A DNA stretch of 64,000 bases from a virus, in the IMG/VR virus record IMGVR_UViG_3300047373_000743, positions 10,240-74,239 of that record, one strand, 5' to 3'. Positions 19,901 through 28,187 of the stretch are shown here, piece after piece. Position 1 is the stretch's first letter. Each line of letters opens with the position of its first letter. The notes beneath the pieces were generated by a model, which ran no database searches, was not told where the DNA came from, and saw only the letters and a list, made by a program, of their open reading frames with translations. Made by a program: the position numbers and the translations under genes.

Positions 19901-21691
19901 TCGTATAAACTAACCGCATCATGTTCGTATCACACCGACCCGGTCAGAGTTTCTGTGCCAAAAAAGGTAACGACCACACCTGATGTAGGGGATATGATAA
20001 ATTGTGTTTTTCGAGAAGGTGCGTTTTTATGGAAAGAGTTTGGTCTGCGTGTATTAACTAACGCAACGGTACTGAAAGTATCTCAGATAAACGATATATA
20101 CGACGAACATCACGGAGAGACAATGATTAGAGTAGAAACAGAAGAGACTATAAACGGAAATAAGTATGTCGAGTTCGTACCATCGGCGGAATATGTATAT
20201 GCGTTTTCCGTCACATCCACCCGTAATCAAAACAGAACAAACTATCAAGTGAAACTCGCGTCAAAATATAATATTCAACTTGGACCATCCCCCACACCTA
20301 TTTCTGTTCAGAAAATTTATCACAATATTTTAATAGATAACGTAATTGAACTTGAATCTCCGTTTGACTATTTTAATATAGTAGATGTAGTCCCGTCTGG
20401 AAAAAAAATATTAAACGGAAACTTAAAAACCCATAGACGATATTTTTCAACCACCAATAAACAAGAATCTAGAAAATTATCTAGATTACACTGCCGACGA
20501 TCAAGCAGTAATTTAAATAATACTATATCCCCGGACGGAATCACCGACAACTCTCCACCGATAGTGCGTACTCGTAAGTCATCTATAAAGGATGGACTTG
20601 GTGATTCGTTTTGGTATCTAGAGGACAAGACATACTCTGTTGTGTTACCGTGTGGAGTTGGTGACCGGGAGGTTCACGAAACAACCACACCAACCACTAC
20701 AATGGAAGTAATAGATGATTCTAAGTTAAATTTAGATTCTTTGGTTTTTTATTACACATTTGAGAATGTAAATCCAGATGAGACAATTGTCCATGACATG
20801 TCCGGCAATGAACGTGATGGTAATATTAATTTAGGTTTGGTGAAAACTGGAGGCCTTGGCCGGCAATATAAAAAAGTAATATCACTTGATAATAATATAA
20901 AGCCAAATCAGAATAATACAAATGCGTACATAGAGATTCCAACAAATTCCGATGTTAAAACCGATAAATGTACTATAAGTTTTTGGATAAAACCCATCGG
21001 TGAAAGTGCAGATAACTCCGGAATAGTGTTTAATAATTCTCCGGAGCAAACCACTCGTCATGGTGTAGTTATAAATCCCAATGGAAATAAGTTTTCCCTT
21101 GGATACACGTGGGCTTCCTCGGTTGATTCATACTTGGTCGATTTAAATGTAAAGTTAGAAGAAGATGCTTGGAATCATGTGTCTATTATTATATATAAAA
21201 ATGGAATTACACGTGTGTTTTTAAACAAAAAGTACGTCAAGATGTATGATTTGGGGGTTTATCACGACATGGTAATTTTTGATAAACTTGAAGTAGGTAG
21301 ATTTTCTGGTATGATAGATGACATACGATTTTATACTGACGAACTTTCATTTGGTGAAGTTGAATTGAAAACGAATGCCGGTGGCCAAGTAGCAGAGTTG
21401 TATGACACAACACGTGATTCAAATAATTTGACAACCGAACCATCAATCGAGTGTCAAGAGTTCCCCTTTTTGCGATTTTTTGAATTTGATTATTACCAAG
21501 ACCGACTTTTTACCGAGGCCTCGGTTTGGTACAACGAGAACGTCCATCGTAAAGAAGACATATCACTTGAACCTGAAATCGCAGCTAGAATGAAATACGC
21601 AATTTCCGGTGGACCAAACGAGGGTATGAAAAAATTTGCATCTGTAGAATTTATGGGAAATTTGTGTGGTCATGTAAAAGAAGCAAGTTAA
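13946..21691 (+). CDS. Very large baseplate wedge/adhesin protein (2581 aa) with LamG-like and CBM5/12-like modules
   Basis: ISPSRTEI, DFKNFIRYSSA, FIGHQFD and WRRILNNLPYILKTIGT..IRALFRCYG (wedge-like). LamG motifs TISFWIKP, WNHVSI and GMIDDIRFY. Two W..Y..D.V.Y modules. Confidence 0.7.
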   Translation: MSEYIKMVKRPPSNQEFDFPRSSLVSEDLYRIVVSDSDDSPVYNFGRNPKDIAEFSIYSNDNKVIKTKIIKPVDSFKRKTFDFTDYDGVRRVGSLSLFDTKYEVTEDNELVLSPTHELRELGEQGGSFLVGVSMKQELIGSHESTSKLLIQDISPSRTEIKIIPSSLKTSLRPLDVALNAEYLNYFNKKIPVSHIFYEIPSLLSETETRVHVKNLIANGYLVENLKERLYELVDFYNFTSLDGFSHDCDEVYDEIKSLYLNTFLYNYNSTYTRGEFSNEYEKCVDYVLNKTPKFKNTSDKLHTKYKSLYKEVLITMFNFNRLGALFDEKFESYLSTSMVFETGEQISVLSTARSTDNISDSDKHRPLLFKLQQPLSQSIKVGASFHLLGLFYSDDIIQRTILYKKVKPKLYKLRNPDLSGIASQGTRSYTSEQLNKNKSQIEKESLLNLNSTDPGILEKIKEVEAEWRDEVFGSPIKITEEISNYFNNQTEDYYLSVDYSDFKNFIRYSSARKRLDVFILKLTKISKYDREMEEIRRAYRGSTPEKFSRLSYDTEIERLNNEKVQILNSLDGYERFLYFEDITELADSARDIKIRIDELMQKKISQGDSSGELDSKIKELESDLLYTYISWPRAEFNCDNVDDWSPNAVDYREHDVVYVADHIYILVGPEPVSSLDIPGVSDRWSLFCSCEECVGKKIPLNTTSYSFLTSRDYYRPMPIPEDMEAFSKTTGYTWYSEKAREAEAYDKQNDNSFANNTPEFIIRDPDNEEYFEFLSFIGHQFDLIHLYVEGVGTIKKPLNNPDKGIPNELVSHMLGYFGGSFEGYDEGEINSLARDIKTDEELAFVKKFKQKKHLVWRRILNNLPYILKTIGTEKSIRALFRCYGVPDYLFKIREFGGIEYNTETSDKVLYTFDSFDYFLKIERDNQYIELDWKTETYQSRCVELKFSFNEDLCDITSDIEILASKKDLTENQSVSTNWSFGFTPESTKNNTTSEQHGWGRFYIKIGQFITYLADIEGNEMVYGFSSKEFNVLIQVVESERWTDSGVEAFVKRYSDEDLVYNGYSKIALPRTDINNFLGSPKLIFGNYYGSNFFGTLDRLRIYTKPIKEVRFENHIKFNQSYDVDDPYELDDILVFKANFDFPYKLNDLLGSWDETKTDYISGDKVLYGENVFVYVGVGDNNTNGQPDESPAWELDQSGVESHIQNTSFRKDSPEWATVYNFTSVDYPYDFGGSNKRNFAKLPAYGSQVFNNSKIRIETQTLETQLSVSKRSTKKSGDRLTIDTNKLGVYFSPSDLINHEILRFFGDFDLGDYIGDPSELYNETYSGFNEIKNLFFKNGFGRIDFSYYLSILESYLDPSLFKNIEKIIPARTLLVSGLVVEPSLLERSKIQRRPIDNELVVYDDIHINVGIRNKNITDLANNRSYYDLDNENAHCLQLNIAHTTQTSNTYPSEFNSNVYENIPDDLMYGISSYRGTFSNHIASFDNKSYERYVKIDKQSRKYNSLRIYGSVLKNSNLDCQIFGTVGGSHNPLFYVHKDVTLNGIALYDNLISPEQYINDYAPFSFSFSGHMISGRVHGWANITIQNGTIKNFIVNGRFGGTLFSECDLRLASSQFSDDIDRIIYKKQLSPAPTKSTASKTDSLYTKILSNKTTSEINLIKIPDTISHRFSLNIDNNTFFTLRNNSRQYITAEGLYRCRIHMFVASELTPPPICTFNVSWTRIDDQTNKENDVLNFKRSAYDYVHNLKLSESTDLSKIKSAFELPELVVTDTTKLTTSYKKTEAEYSCEERSGRYEVPEIINRTKVTSESNILDAHLGDVIHRKSYKIPFNFNQSLKTDKDTHESDIKLGVNYDGVMLNIEVTDSNELVYKTNILQYKLTDLHDLTNINFSEGELSVVTTNNFSATVGDVVLLTDSVWSAESGLLFNLNETYYTFVHTEDVNGTHKRIVLSIPEYMKNWPNSVEYVGGGTIHKLPSEVEYYHKIRGVSYKLTASCSYHTDPVRVSVPKKVTTTPDVGDMINCVFREGAFLWKEFGLRVLTNATVLKVSQINDIYDEHHGETMIRVETEETINGNKYVEFVPSAEYVYAFSVTSTRNQNRTNYQVKLASKYNIQLGPSPTPISVQKIYHNILIDNVIELESPFDYFNIVDVVPSGKKILNGNLKTHRRYFSTTNKQESRKLSRLHCRRSSSNLNNTISPDGITDNSPPIVRTRKSSIKDGLGDSFWYLEDKTYSVVLPCGVGDREVHETTTPTTTMEVIDDSKLNLDSLVFYYTFENVNPDETIVHDMSGNERDGNINLGLVKTGGLGRQYKKVISLDNNIKPNQNNTNAYIEIPTNSDVKTDKCTISFWIKPIGESADNSGIVFNNSPEQTTRHGVVINPNGNKFSLGYTWASSVDSYLVDLNVKLEEDAWNHVSIIIYKNGITRVFLNKKYVKMYDLGVYHDMVIFDKLEVGRFSGMIDDIRFYTDELSFGEVELKTNAGGQVAELYDTTRDSNNLTTEPSIECQEFPFLRFFEFDYYQDRLFTEASVWYNENVHRKEDISLEPEIAARMKYAISGGPNEGMKKFASVEFMGNLCGHVKEAS

Positions 21692-21716
21692 TTTAATAAA
21701 TTTTTCACTTATATAA

Positions 21717-21724
21717 ATATTTAT
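21717..21724 (+). promoter_or_regulatory. ATATTTAT box inside the perfect palindrome ATATAAATATTTATAT (21711-21726)
   Basis: Seen directly in the sequence. Confidence 0.55.
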
Positions 21725-21759
21725 ATACTAAAACTTATCAAAAAATATATATATTAGTA

Positions 21760-22425
21760 ATGGGTTATCTAAATAATGAAACAATCACCGTAGAGGCGGT
21801 GCTAACAAAACGAGGTCGTGAGTTGCTTGCATCTGATCGTGGGTTAAATATTACAAGTTTTGCCTTGGCCGATGATGAAATTGATTATACACTATACGAC
21901 CCAGATCATCCCGATGGTTCACAATACTTTGATTTGGCACTCAGAAACACACCTGTGTTTGAACCACTTACTGACGAAACACAATCATTGAAATATAAAC
22001 TGGTAACATTGCCCCCAGGAACACAACACATACCGGTTATTAAACTTGGTCAGCAGAGTATTACTCTTGATAAAGATTATAATGGAGTTGTTACACTGAA
22101 CCCCACTACAAACCCTGTGTATAATACCCAACTTGGCTATACTGCTGTATTATCTAATCGGGAAGTGGGTACGATTGTCGGCTCGGGAGTAGATGAGTCG
22201 GTTGGTGAGAATACTTCCATATTTCTAGGAGACACAGCAAGCACATTTGCACAGACAACTGTAGGATTAACTTTTGATTTTAGAGTAAACCCGTCCATAA
22301 CTAAAAATGTGGGGGCAAATTTAACAATTATAGGTAACGAAAGTGGTGGGTCGATAACAATACCAGTTAATGTACTCGCAGAACCACTCGAAGGGATATC
22401 AGAGTCTGGTAATATAGGATACTAA
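21760..22425 (+). CDS. Virion structural protein (tail-collar/fibre attachment N-terminal-like)
   Basis: AVLTKRGRELLA..ITSFALADDEIDY resembles the LT..G...LA..IT..A.GD start of tail-fibre attachment domains. Confidence 0.6.
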   Translation: MGYLNNETITVEAVLTKRGRELLASDRGLNITSFALADDEIDYTLYDPDHPDGSQYFDLALRNTPVFEPLTDETQSLKYKLVTLPPGTQHIPVIKLGQQSITLDKDYNGVVTLNPTTNPVYNTQLGYTAVLSNREVGTIVGSGVDESVGENTSIFLGDTASTFAQTTVGLTFDFRVNPSITKNVGANLTIIGNESGGSITIPVNVLAEPLEGISESGNIGY

Positions 22426-22426
22426 T

Positions 22427-23917
22427 ATGGCCATTTTTAAAGAATTAGATGAAACTGATAAGGTTGCCGGTAGAGTTACGTCTGTACACGATGGTTTGTT
22501 TAGTGGTGATAACCCATCCGAGATGGTAAATTTTTTCTATGATGAAGAATCACACGAAACTCCACTGGCCATGGCGTCGTCTGTAAAAGACATAGAAGAT
22601 AACTGGATCTCACCAAGGAAAGAGGATTATTATACTGATATATATCACGAAGAAGTATATGTGGCTGGACTTTTAAACCAAAACACAGAACAACAATTTT
22701 CAATATCATACGGTCATGTCAATGGGTTCGGTAGTCCGATTAAGGCGGCATTCAATAACAAAACCCCACAGATAACAAAAACTGTATATAGTCAGTATAA
22801 AAATATATTATTGAATCCTGATGATAAACGATTTACATTTACCCGTAGGGTTGATAACTCCTTTGTTGGATATGATGCTGACAGTGTTCATATTATAAAT
22901 TTTAGCACATCTCGTATGAAAGAGAGAATAGACGAGGGTAATTTTTTATTTTCTCTGGGAGTATCCGTGAACGATGATATAAATTACAAAGTATCTTTTC
23001 AAGATGCGAGTGTATTTGGAACACGACTTAGTTTTGTTGCATCATCACCACAGTTTGGTCGTGTATTTGATTTAGTTAAGGTCGGAGAATCCGACCGGTA
23101 TAACAACGATGATTCGGATGTCATAAAAATGACAACAGAACCAGAAAATTCGATTGATTCATCTGGTTTTGATATTAAATATTCACCTGTTAGTAATCTT
23201 GGATTTGGGTTAGTGTATCCAGACCTGGGTATTATTGTAATAAACACTGTAGCCATTTCTGAGCAATTGTGTGAAGGATTAGATGCAGCTGTTAAAAAAT
23301 ATGAAAAATTAAAAAATACTATACCAAGTGGTTATGTTAAAGAAGAGAATGAAGGTGCTAAATTTGCCTGGCACGGGGATGTATCTCCTTTATATTCTAC
23401 AGACTCTGGTGAACTAACTAGTGTTAATGAACTTGGTGTAGAACAGACAAATAGTGCAGAGAGTAATAATATTCACAATCCAAATACATGGTTAACGACC
23501 GACTCTAGCCAGATTCTGCTAAAACGGGCAGGTGGAGATAAAAACTATCAAAACTTTTTAAAATTGGCAACAGCTCTAAAAAAAGGAAGAAAATTTGAAT
23601 GCAGAAGTACGGAAATGATACCGTCTAAGCATTATTTTATCCGAATTAAGAACACGGATTTTAATTACAGTAACAATCCATCATTTGTATATCAGGGGTA
23701 CGAGGCCCGAACTCTTGCCACACGTGCAAATGCAGAGTTGGATAATTATTTAGGAAGAATCAGATTCGACTCCTTTGTAGATGACCCACGTGTATATATT
23801 ACAACTGTTGGTTTATACAACGATGATAACGAATTAGTGGCGGTGGCAAAACTAAGTCGACCAATTTTAAAAACTTTTGACTCAGAGGCTCTCATTAAAG
23901 TAAAATTAGATTTTTAA
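22427..23917 (+). CDS. Virion structural protein
   Basis: C-terminal FNYSNNPS..YITTVGLYNDDNELVAVAKLSRP, shared with the next gene. Confidence 0.65.
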   Translation: MAIFKELDETDKVAGRVTSVHDGLFSGDNPSEMVNFFYDEESHETPLAMASSVKDIEDNWISPRKEDYYTDIYHEEVYVAGLLNQNTEQQFSISYGHVNGFGSPIKAAFNNKTPQITKTVYSQYKNILLNPDDKRFTFTRRVDNSFVGYDADSVHIINFSTSRMKERIDEGNFLFSLGVSVNDDINYKVSFQDASVFGTRLSFVASSPQFGRVFDLVKVGESDRYNNDDSDVIKMTTEPENSIDSSGFDIKYSPVSNLGFGLVYPDLGIIVINTVAISEQLCEGLDAAVKKYEKLKNTIPSGYVKEENEGAKFAWHGDVSPLYSTDSGELTSVNELGVEQTNSAESNNIHNPNTWLTTDSSQILLKRAGGDKNYQNFLKLATALKKGRKFECRSTEMIPSKHYFIRIKNTDFNYSNNPSFVYQGYEARTLATRANAELDNYLGRIRFDSFVDDPRVYITTVGLYNDDNELVAVAKLSRPILKTFDSEALIKVKLDF

Positions 23918-23943
23918 ATTTTTTGTATTTTTTAACAAAAAAT

Positions 23944-23951
23944 ATATTTAT
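23944..23951 (+). promoter_or_regulatory. ATATTTAT putative late promoter box
   Basis: 5 nt before ATG 23957. Confidence 0.6.
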
Positions 23952-23956
23952 ATTTT

Positions 23957-26900
23957 ATGATCAAGAGACTCAAAAGTTCTGATAAAACTATTAGGCCGTT
24001 TACAACCTTTAAGTCGTGGAAACATTCAACTGTTGACAATCTTGATTCAATTGTGCTTGAGCAGCCATTATATGACTTAAAAACTCCGGATGGTGATATT
24101 ATCTATTCAAGTAAAACTTGTTTACAAATTAGTGATATATTAAAGAACGAATATGGATTGGAGTCGGATGTTTGCAAACACCCAACGATAGATTTAGATT
24201 CTGTCAAACTTGAAAAAAAAATTCATAGTAATGTTAATTATGAAAATGGTATAGTGGTTTCCCCTGAAGAAATTAACACATCCGATAGAATTGCATTCCC
24301 TATCAAAAAAACAAATGGAAAAAAAACAAATGGAACATTTTATCCATCTGACCACCCGAAGTTTGATAAAACACACGAGTTGCTGAATTGGGATGGGAGT
24401 TACCAGAGGTTAGTGTATAATAATATAAAGCACTTATTCTATAATGACTATTTTGTTGAGCATTTTGATTATACTAGAAATAAAAAGTTAAATATAAAAA
24501 ACCCACGAATGTTGTTTGGGGTGGAGAGTGCAGAATACCACGACCCCACACTGTTGGAGGATATTGACCAAGGAGACTCATACACAGGTCGAAAACTTGA
24601 ACGTCGGGTTATTGAAGACGAAATAACTGTAGTTGAAATTTCTCAAAAAAATTTTGGTGATAAAATAAAACCTGGTTCGGTTCAAATACGAGATAACAGT
24701 TCAATGTATGATACCATTGAGGTGGTGGATGATGGTTATACTAATTTAGTTACAAATACATTTACATTTTCCGACATTAACACAATTGAATTTGATGATA
24801 CCGTATGTGGGTTACATGAAAGTCACCAGTCCAACTCGTTTTCTTTTGGAAAAACAACATCTGCATATAAAGACTATTTACTTGTTGGGGCCCCGGTGAA
24901 TGTAGATATACCAGATGAATCACAATCAGGATTGGTTGTTTTATATAAAAAAGATCAAGCAACAAACAATTTTAGGTGTATTCGTAGTTTTATGTGTCCG
25001 TTTACTCAAAATGGGTTGGCACTAGAACAACGTCAGGACCACAATGACTTATTGTTCAGTGAGTTAAGTGGTGCTCTGCTCGGCAAGGACTACTCGTTGA
25101 ATGACCAATTTGGCAATGCACTAGAACTAACGGAGACTACCTGTGTAATTGGTTCACCACAGACACACATTCGGGGTACTGCATCTGAGTCAAGAACAGG
25201 CCATGTATTCGTTTATGATAAAAACAAGGGTGGGGTTGATAATTGGGGATTAGTAAACATCATCGAGGGGATTCCTGAAACCGAGTTCGGGCACTCAGTA
25301 TCCGTCCACAATGAAAAAATGGCAATTGGAGCTCCTGGTGCTATGAACGGCCGTGGTGTTGTGTATATTTTTGAAAAGAAAATACGAACCGAGGATAGTC
25401 CGTGGATTCGTCTGACCGATGTACCTGAAGGTTATAAATTCAACAAGGAGCAGAATAAGAGGATTGGGTATCCATCTGGTGAAGAGTTGGTAGCCGTAAA
25501 TAAAGATACAACCAGATGGAAAATCAATAGTGTTATACCACCTGGATCGCAACTTGGGTGTTTTCATTCTCCTGGATCAATTAACATAGATTCAATATGC
25601 GACTCTGGTAGTTATCTATCTGGTGAAATTATAACTAAAAAAACAGATGATATAATAAAACGATATAGGAGATCTGGATCATGGACTTCGGGAAGTTATG
25701 TGTCTGGAACATACGAATCTGGATGCGTTATTAATCCGGTCATTGAGTCTGGTAACTTTCTATCTGGTTGCATTGAGTCTGGTAACTTTCTATCTGGTTG
25801 CATTGAGTCTGGTAACTTTCTATCTGGTAACTTTCTATCTGGTAACTTTCTATCTGGTTGCATCGAGTCCGGAACAAACTTACACCCCACTACGGTAGAT
25901 TGGAAGGAGTTTATATCTGGGTGTATGGTCGAAGAGATATTACCTGGGGTAGAAATAACATCGGGAAGCTTAGAACCGATTTATTATAATAATTGTATAT
26001 CAGGAAGCAACGAGTTCGTGAGTGGAAGTATTTGCCCATGTGAAGTGTATACGTTTTCGGATGAAAAAATTATAGTAGAGTCTTCAATAGTTGATGAGGA
26101 ATTGGATTTTGATTCAGGATACGAACCACATGAGTACACGAATACCCCTAATTTTGCCATAGGTGACTTTACGTGGGAACTTACTGATATCATTTACGGA
26201 GACCAAACTCAGACAAACACAACCACACCACATCCGTCCACCGAAACACCAAAATTAAATGCTAAATGTGAAAGATTTGGTGAGGTTGTAAAATTGCACG
26301 AAAATTATTTATATGTATCAACCCCGTCTTCCGAAAAACAAATAGTATATGTTCATAGATACACACAGGGAGGGTGTCCAACGGAGTGGAGTGTTGTAAA
26401 CAAGATAACACGTGAGTATTTATGGTCAGCTGAAGGTGGTGAGTTCTCGTATTTCGGTACGGATTCGAGGAATGCTTCGGTTTTATACCCATACATTTAC
26501 GAAAAACCAAAAGATGCTTCAGGTCACACAGTACACAATTTTGGAATTTCACTTGATGTAAATGATAGATTCCTTGTCATAGGTGACTCCCGAGATCGTG
26601 TGTATAAAAACAATTTAATTGAAAATGAGGGTGGGGTTGTATTTGTATTTTCTTCTAATGAAAATTTACATTTCAAGTATAAGATATTTTCACAAGAAGA
26701 TAAAGAAGAGCCGGATACATTTAGATTTGGCCAGTCTGTTTCATTATATGAAACAAGCTTGGTTATTGGGTCACCTTCGATAGAAACTAGTAATATAACA
26801 TTAGACGATGCCGGCAACTTACACGCAGATGACTACTTTTTTGGAGTATCAACATCAAATCAAGAGTTTATAGAATTTGGAGATACACAACTGAATACAG

Positions 26901-28135
26901 TTCAGGGAAAAACTTATTATTTTGATTTATTAGACAATAAATATGAATCTCTAAAGACGGTAACATCCACGAAAGAGAAGATGTCAATACGAAAACAATA
27001 TGGTTATTCAGTCTCAATCACATCTGAGTTTATTTATGTAGGCTCTCCCATAATTGGGACATTTCCACACTATGGGTTGTCTACATTTGACGAAACCGTT
27101 ATAGGTGTGGGTAAATCACAAGCATTGTTTTCATATTATGATAAAACTTTATATAGTTCGGATTTTTCTCATACGAACTTATCTGGATTGGTTGGTTTAG
27201 TAACGACATACGATTCAATCACAATAACCAGTAAAAAACAACTTCAAGTGGGAAATATATTTTATAAGAACGGAATAATCGTTTTATCTGGAATAAAATC
27301 TGGATATATGAAAGACTTTATGCAGAAAAGTGGCCACTCAGGGTATGAAATCAATTTCAAAGGTATGCACACTCTACATGAAACTGAAATTCTATGCAAA
27401 GTCGAACCGAACGAGTTTAATATGAGTACCAACCCAACCTCTGTGGTGCGTGATAAAGTTCCATATGACATTAACGGGGATGGTAAATTTGATATTTTTG
27501 ATTTGATTTTTATATTCAAGTTTTTAACTGATACATCACCTGCGTCCATTCAAACTCAAGTAGAATTCACAGATACCGAACTTGAAACTGGCATATCCGT
27601 GGAGCAGGATACAATGTGGCCCAACTCAGATATATTACTAACTGAATCCGAAGATGCCATACTTAAATTTTTTGTAAACGAGTCATCTAATGTAAACAAA
27701 GACGAATATTCACTATATTTGCCGTATTTGCGACTTTTAAAAGAACGTGGCCACTTTGACATAAATAATGACGGTTTGTCAGACAGAACAGATGCAAAAT
27801 TGATACTTCGTTACTTCCGTGGAAACTCTGGAGTAGATTTGGTGGGTGGGTTATTAACACCTGGTTCAAAGAGAAGAGTTGCTGTAGATATTATTAAGTT
27901 TTTAGACGAACGAACAGGAAAGTTTAATGGGGTGGAGATTTTAAAAGACTTTGAGTCATTTAGTGATTTAAGAAAACTTATAAAAAACGGAAAAAATTTA
28001 GATTCACTGAAACCACACGCAACTACAATTGGTTTATACGATGGTCTTTCTTTGGTCGGTGTTGCTAAACTCGGCCGACCAGTTAAAATAACTAATAGTT
28101 ATCCAATAAATTTTTTAGTAAAATATGACGGTTAG
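23957..28135 (+). CDS. Virion protein with FG-GAP beta-propeller, SG pentapeptide repeats and dockerin-like Ca-binding loops
   Basis: Repeated FG.s.....l.vGaP...G.vYvf motifs; DINGDGKFDIFDL and DINNDGLSDRTDA; C-terminal TTIGLY..VAKLGRP. Confidence 0.75.
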   Translation: MIKRLKSSDKTIRPFTTFKSWKHSTVDNLDSIVLEQPLYDLKTPDGDIIYSSKTCLQISDILKNEYGLESDVCKHPTIDLDSVKLEKKIHSNVNYENGIVVSPEEINTSDRIAFPIKKTNGKKTNGTFYPSDHPKFDKTHELLNWDGSYQRLVYNNIKHLFYNDYFVEHFDYTRNKKLNIKNPRMLFGVESAEYHDPTLLEDIDQGDSYTGRKLERRVIEDEITVVEISQKNFGDKIKPGSVQIRDNSSMYDTIEVVDDGYTNLVTNTFTFSDINTIEFDDTVCGLHESHQSNSFSFGKTTSAYKDYLLVGAPVNVDIPDESQSGLVVLYKKDQATNNFRCIRSFMCPFTQNGLALEQRQDHNDLLFSELSGALLGKDYSLNDQFGNALELTETTCVIGSPQTHIRGTASESRTGHVFVYDKNKGGVDNWGLVNIIEGIPETEFGHSVSVHNEKMAIGAPGAMNGRGVVYIFEKKIRTEDSPWIRLTDVPEGYKFNKEQNKRIGYPSGEELVAVNKDTTRWKINSVIPPGSQLGCFHSPGSINIDSICDSGSYLSGEIITKKTDDIIKRYRRSGSWTSGSYVSGTYESGCVINPVIESGNFLSGCIESGNFLSGCIESGNFLSGNFLSGNFLSGCIESGTNLHPTTVDWKEFISGCMVEEILPGVEITSGSLEPIYYNNCISGSNEFVSGSICPCEVYTFSDEKIIVESSIVDEELDFDSGYEPHEYTNTPNFAIGDFTWELTDIIYGDQTQTNTTTPHPSTETPKLNAKCERFGEVVKLHENYLYVSTPSSEKQIVYVHRYTQGGCPTEWSVVNKITREYLWSAEGGEFSYFGTDSRNASVLYPYIYEKPKDASGHTVHNFGISLDVNDRFLVIGDSRDRVYKNNLIENEGGVVFVFSSNENLHFKYKIFSQEDKEEPDTFRFGQSVSLYETSLVIGSPSIETSNITLDDAGNLHADDYFFGVSTSNQEFIEFGDTQLNTVQGKTYYFDLLDNKYESLKTVTSTKEKMSIRKQYGYSVSITSEFIYVGSPIIGTFPHYGLSTFDETVIGVGKSQALFSYYDKTLYSSDFSHTNLSGLVGLVTTYDSITITSKKQLQVGNIFYKNGIIVLSGIKSGYMKDFMQKSGHSGYEINFKGMHTLHETEILCKVEPNEFNMSTNPTSVVRDKVPYDINGDGKFDIFDLIFIFKFLTDTSPASIQTQVEFTDTELETGISVEQDTMWPNSDILLTESEDAILKFFVNESSNVNKDEYSLYLPYLRLLKERGHFDINNDGLSDRTDAKLILRYFRGNSGVDLVGGLLTPGSKRRVAVDIIKFLDERTGKFNGVEILKDFESFSDLRKLIKNGKNLDSLKPHATTIGLYDGLSLVGVAKLGRPVKITNSYPINFLVKYDG
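25741..25873 (+). repeat. 30-nt/15-nt coding tandem repeat (IESGNFLSGC / NFLSG)
   Basis: CATTGAGTCTGGTAACTTTCTATCTGGTTG about 3 times, plus two extra TCTGGTAACTTTCTA units. Confidence 0.95.
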
Positions 28136-28148
28136 TTCAATGTATCTT

Positions 28149-28156
28149 ATATTTAT
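28149..28156 (+). promoter_or_regulatory. ATATTTAT putative late promoter box
   Basis: Upstream of the GGAG SD and ATG 28188. Confidence 0.6.
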
Positions 28157-28187
28157 ATTAAAATTCATACACCGGAGAAAATAAATT

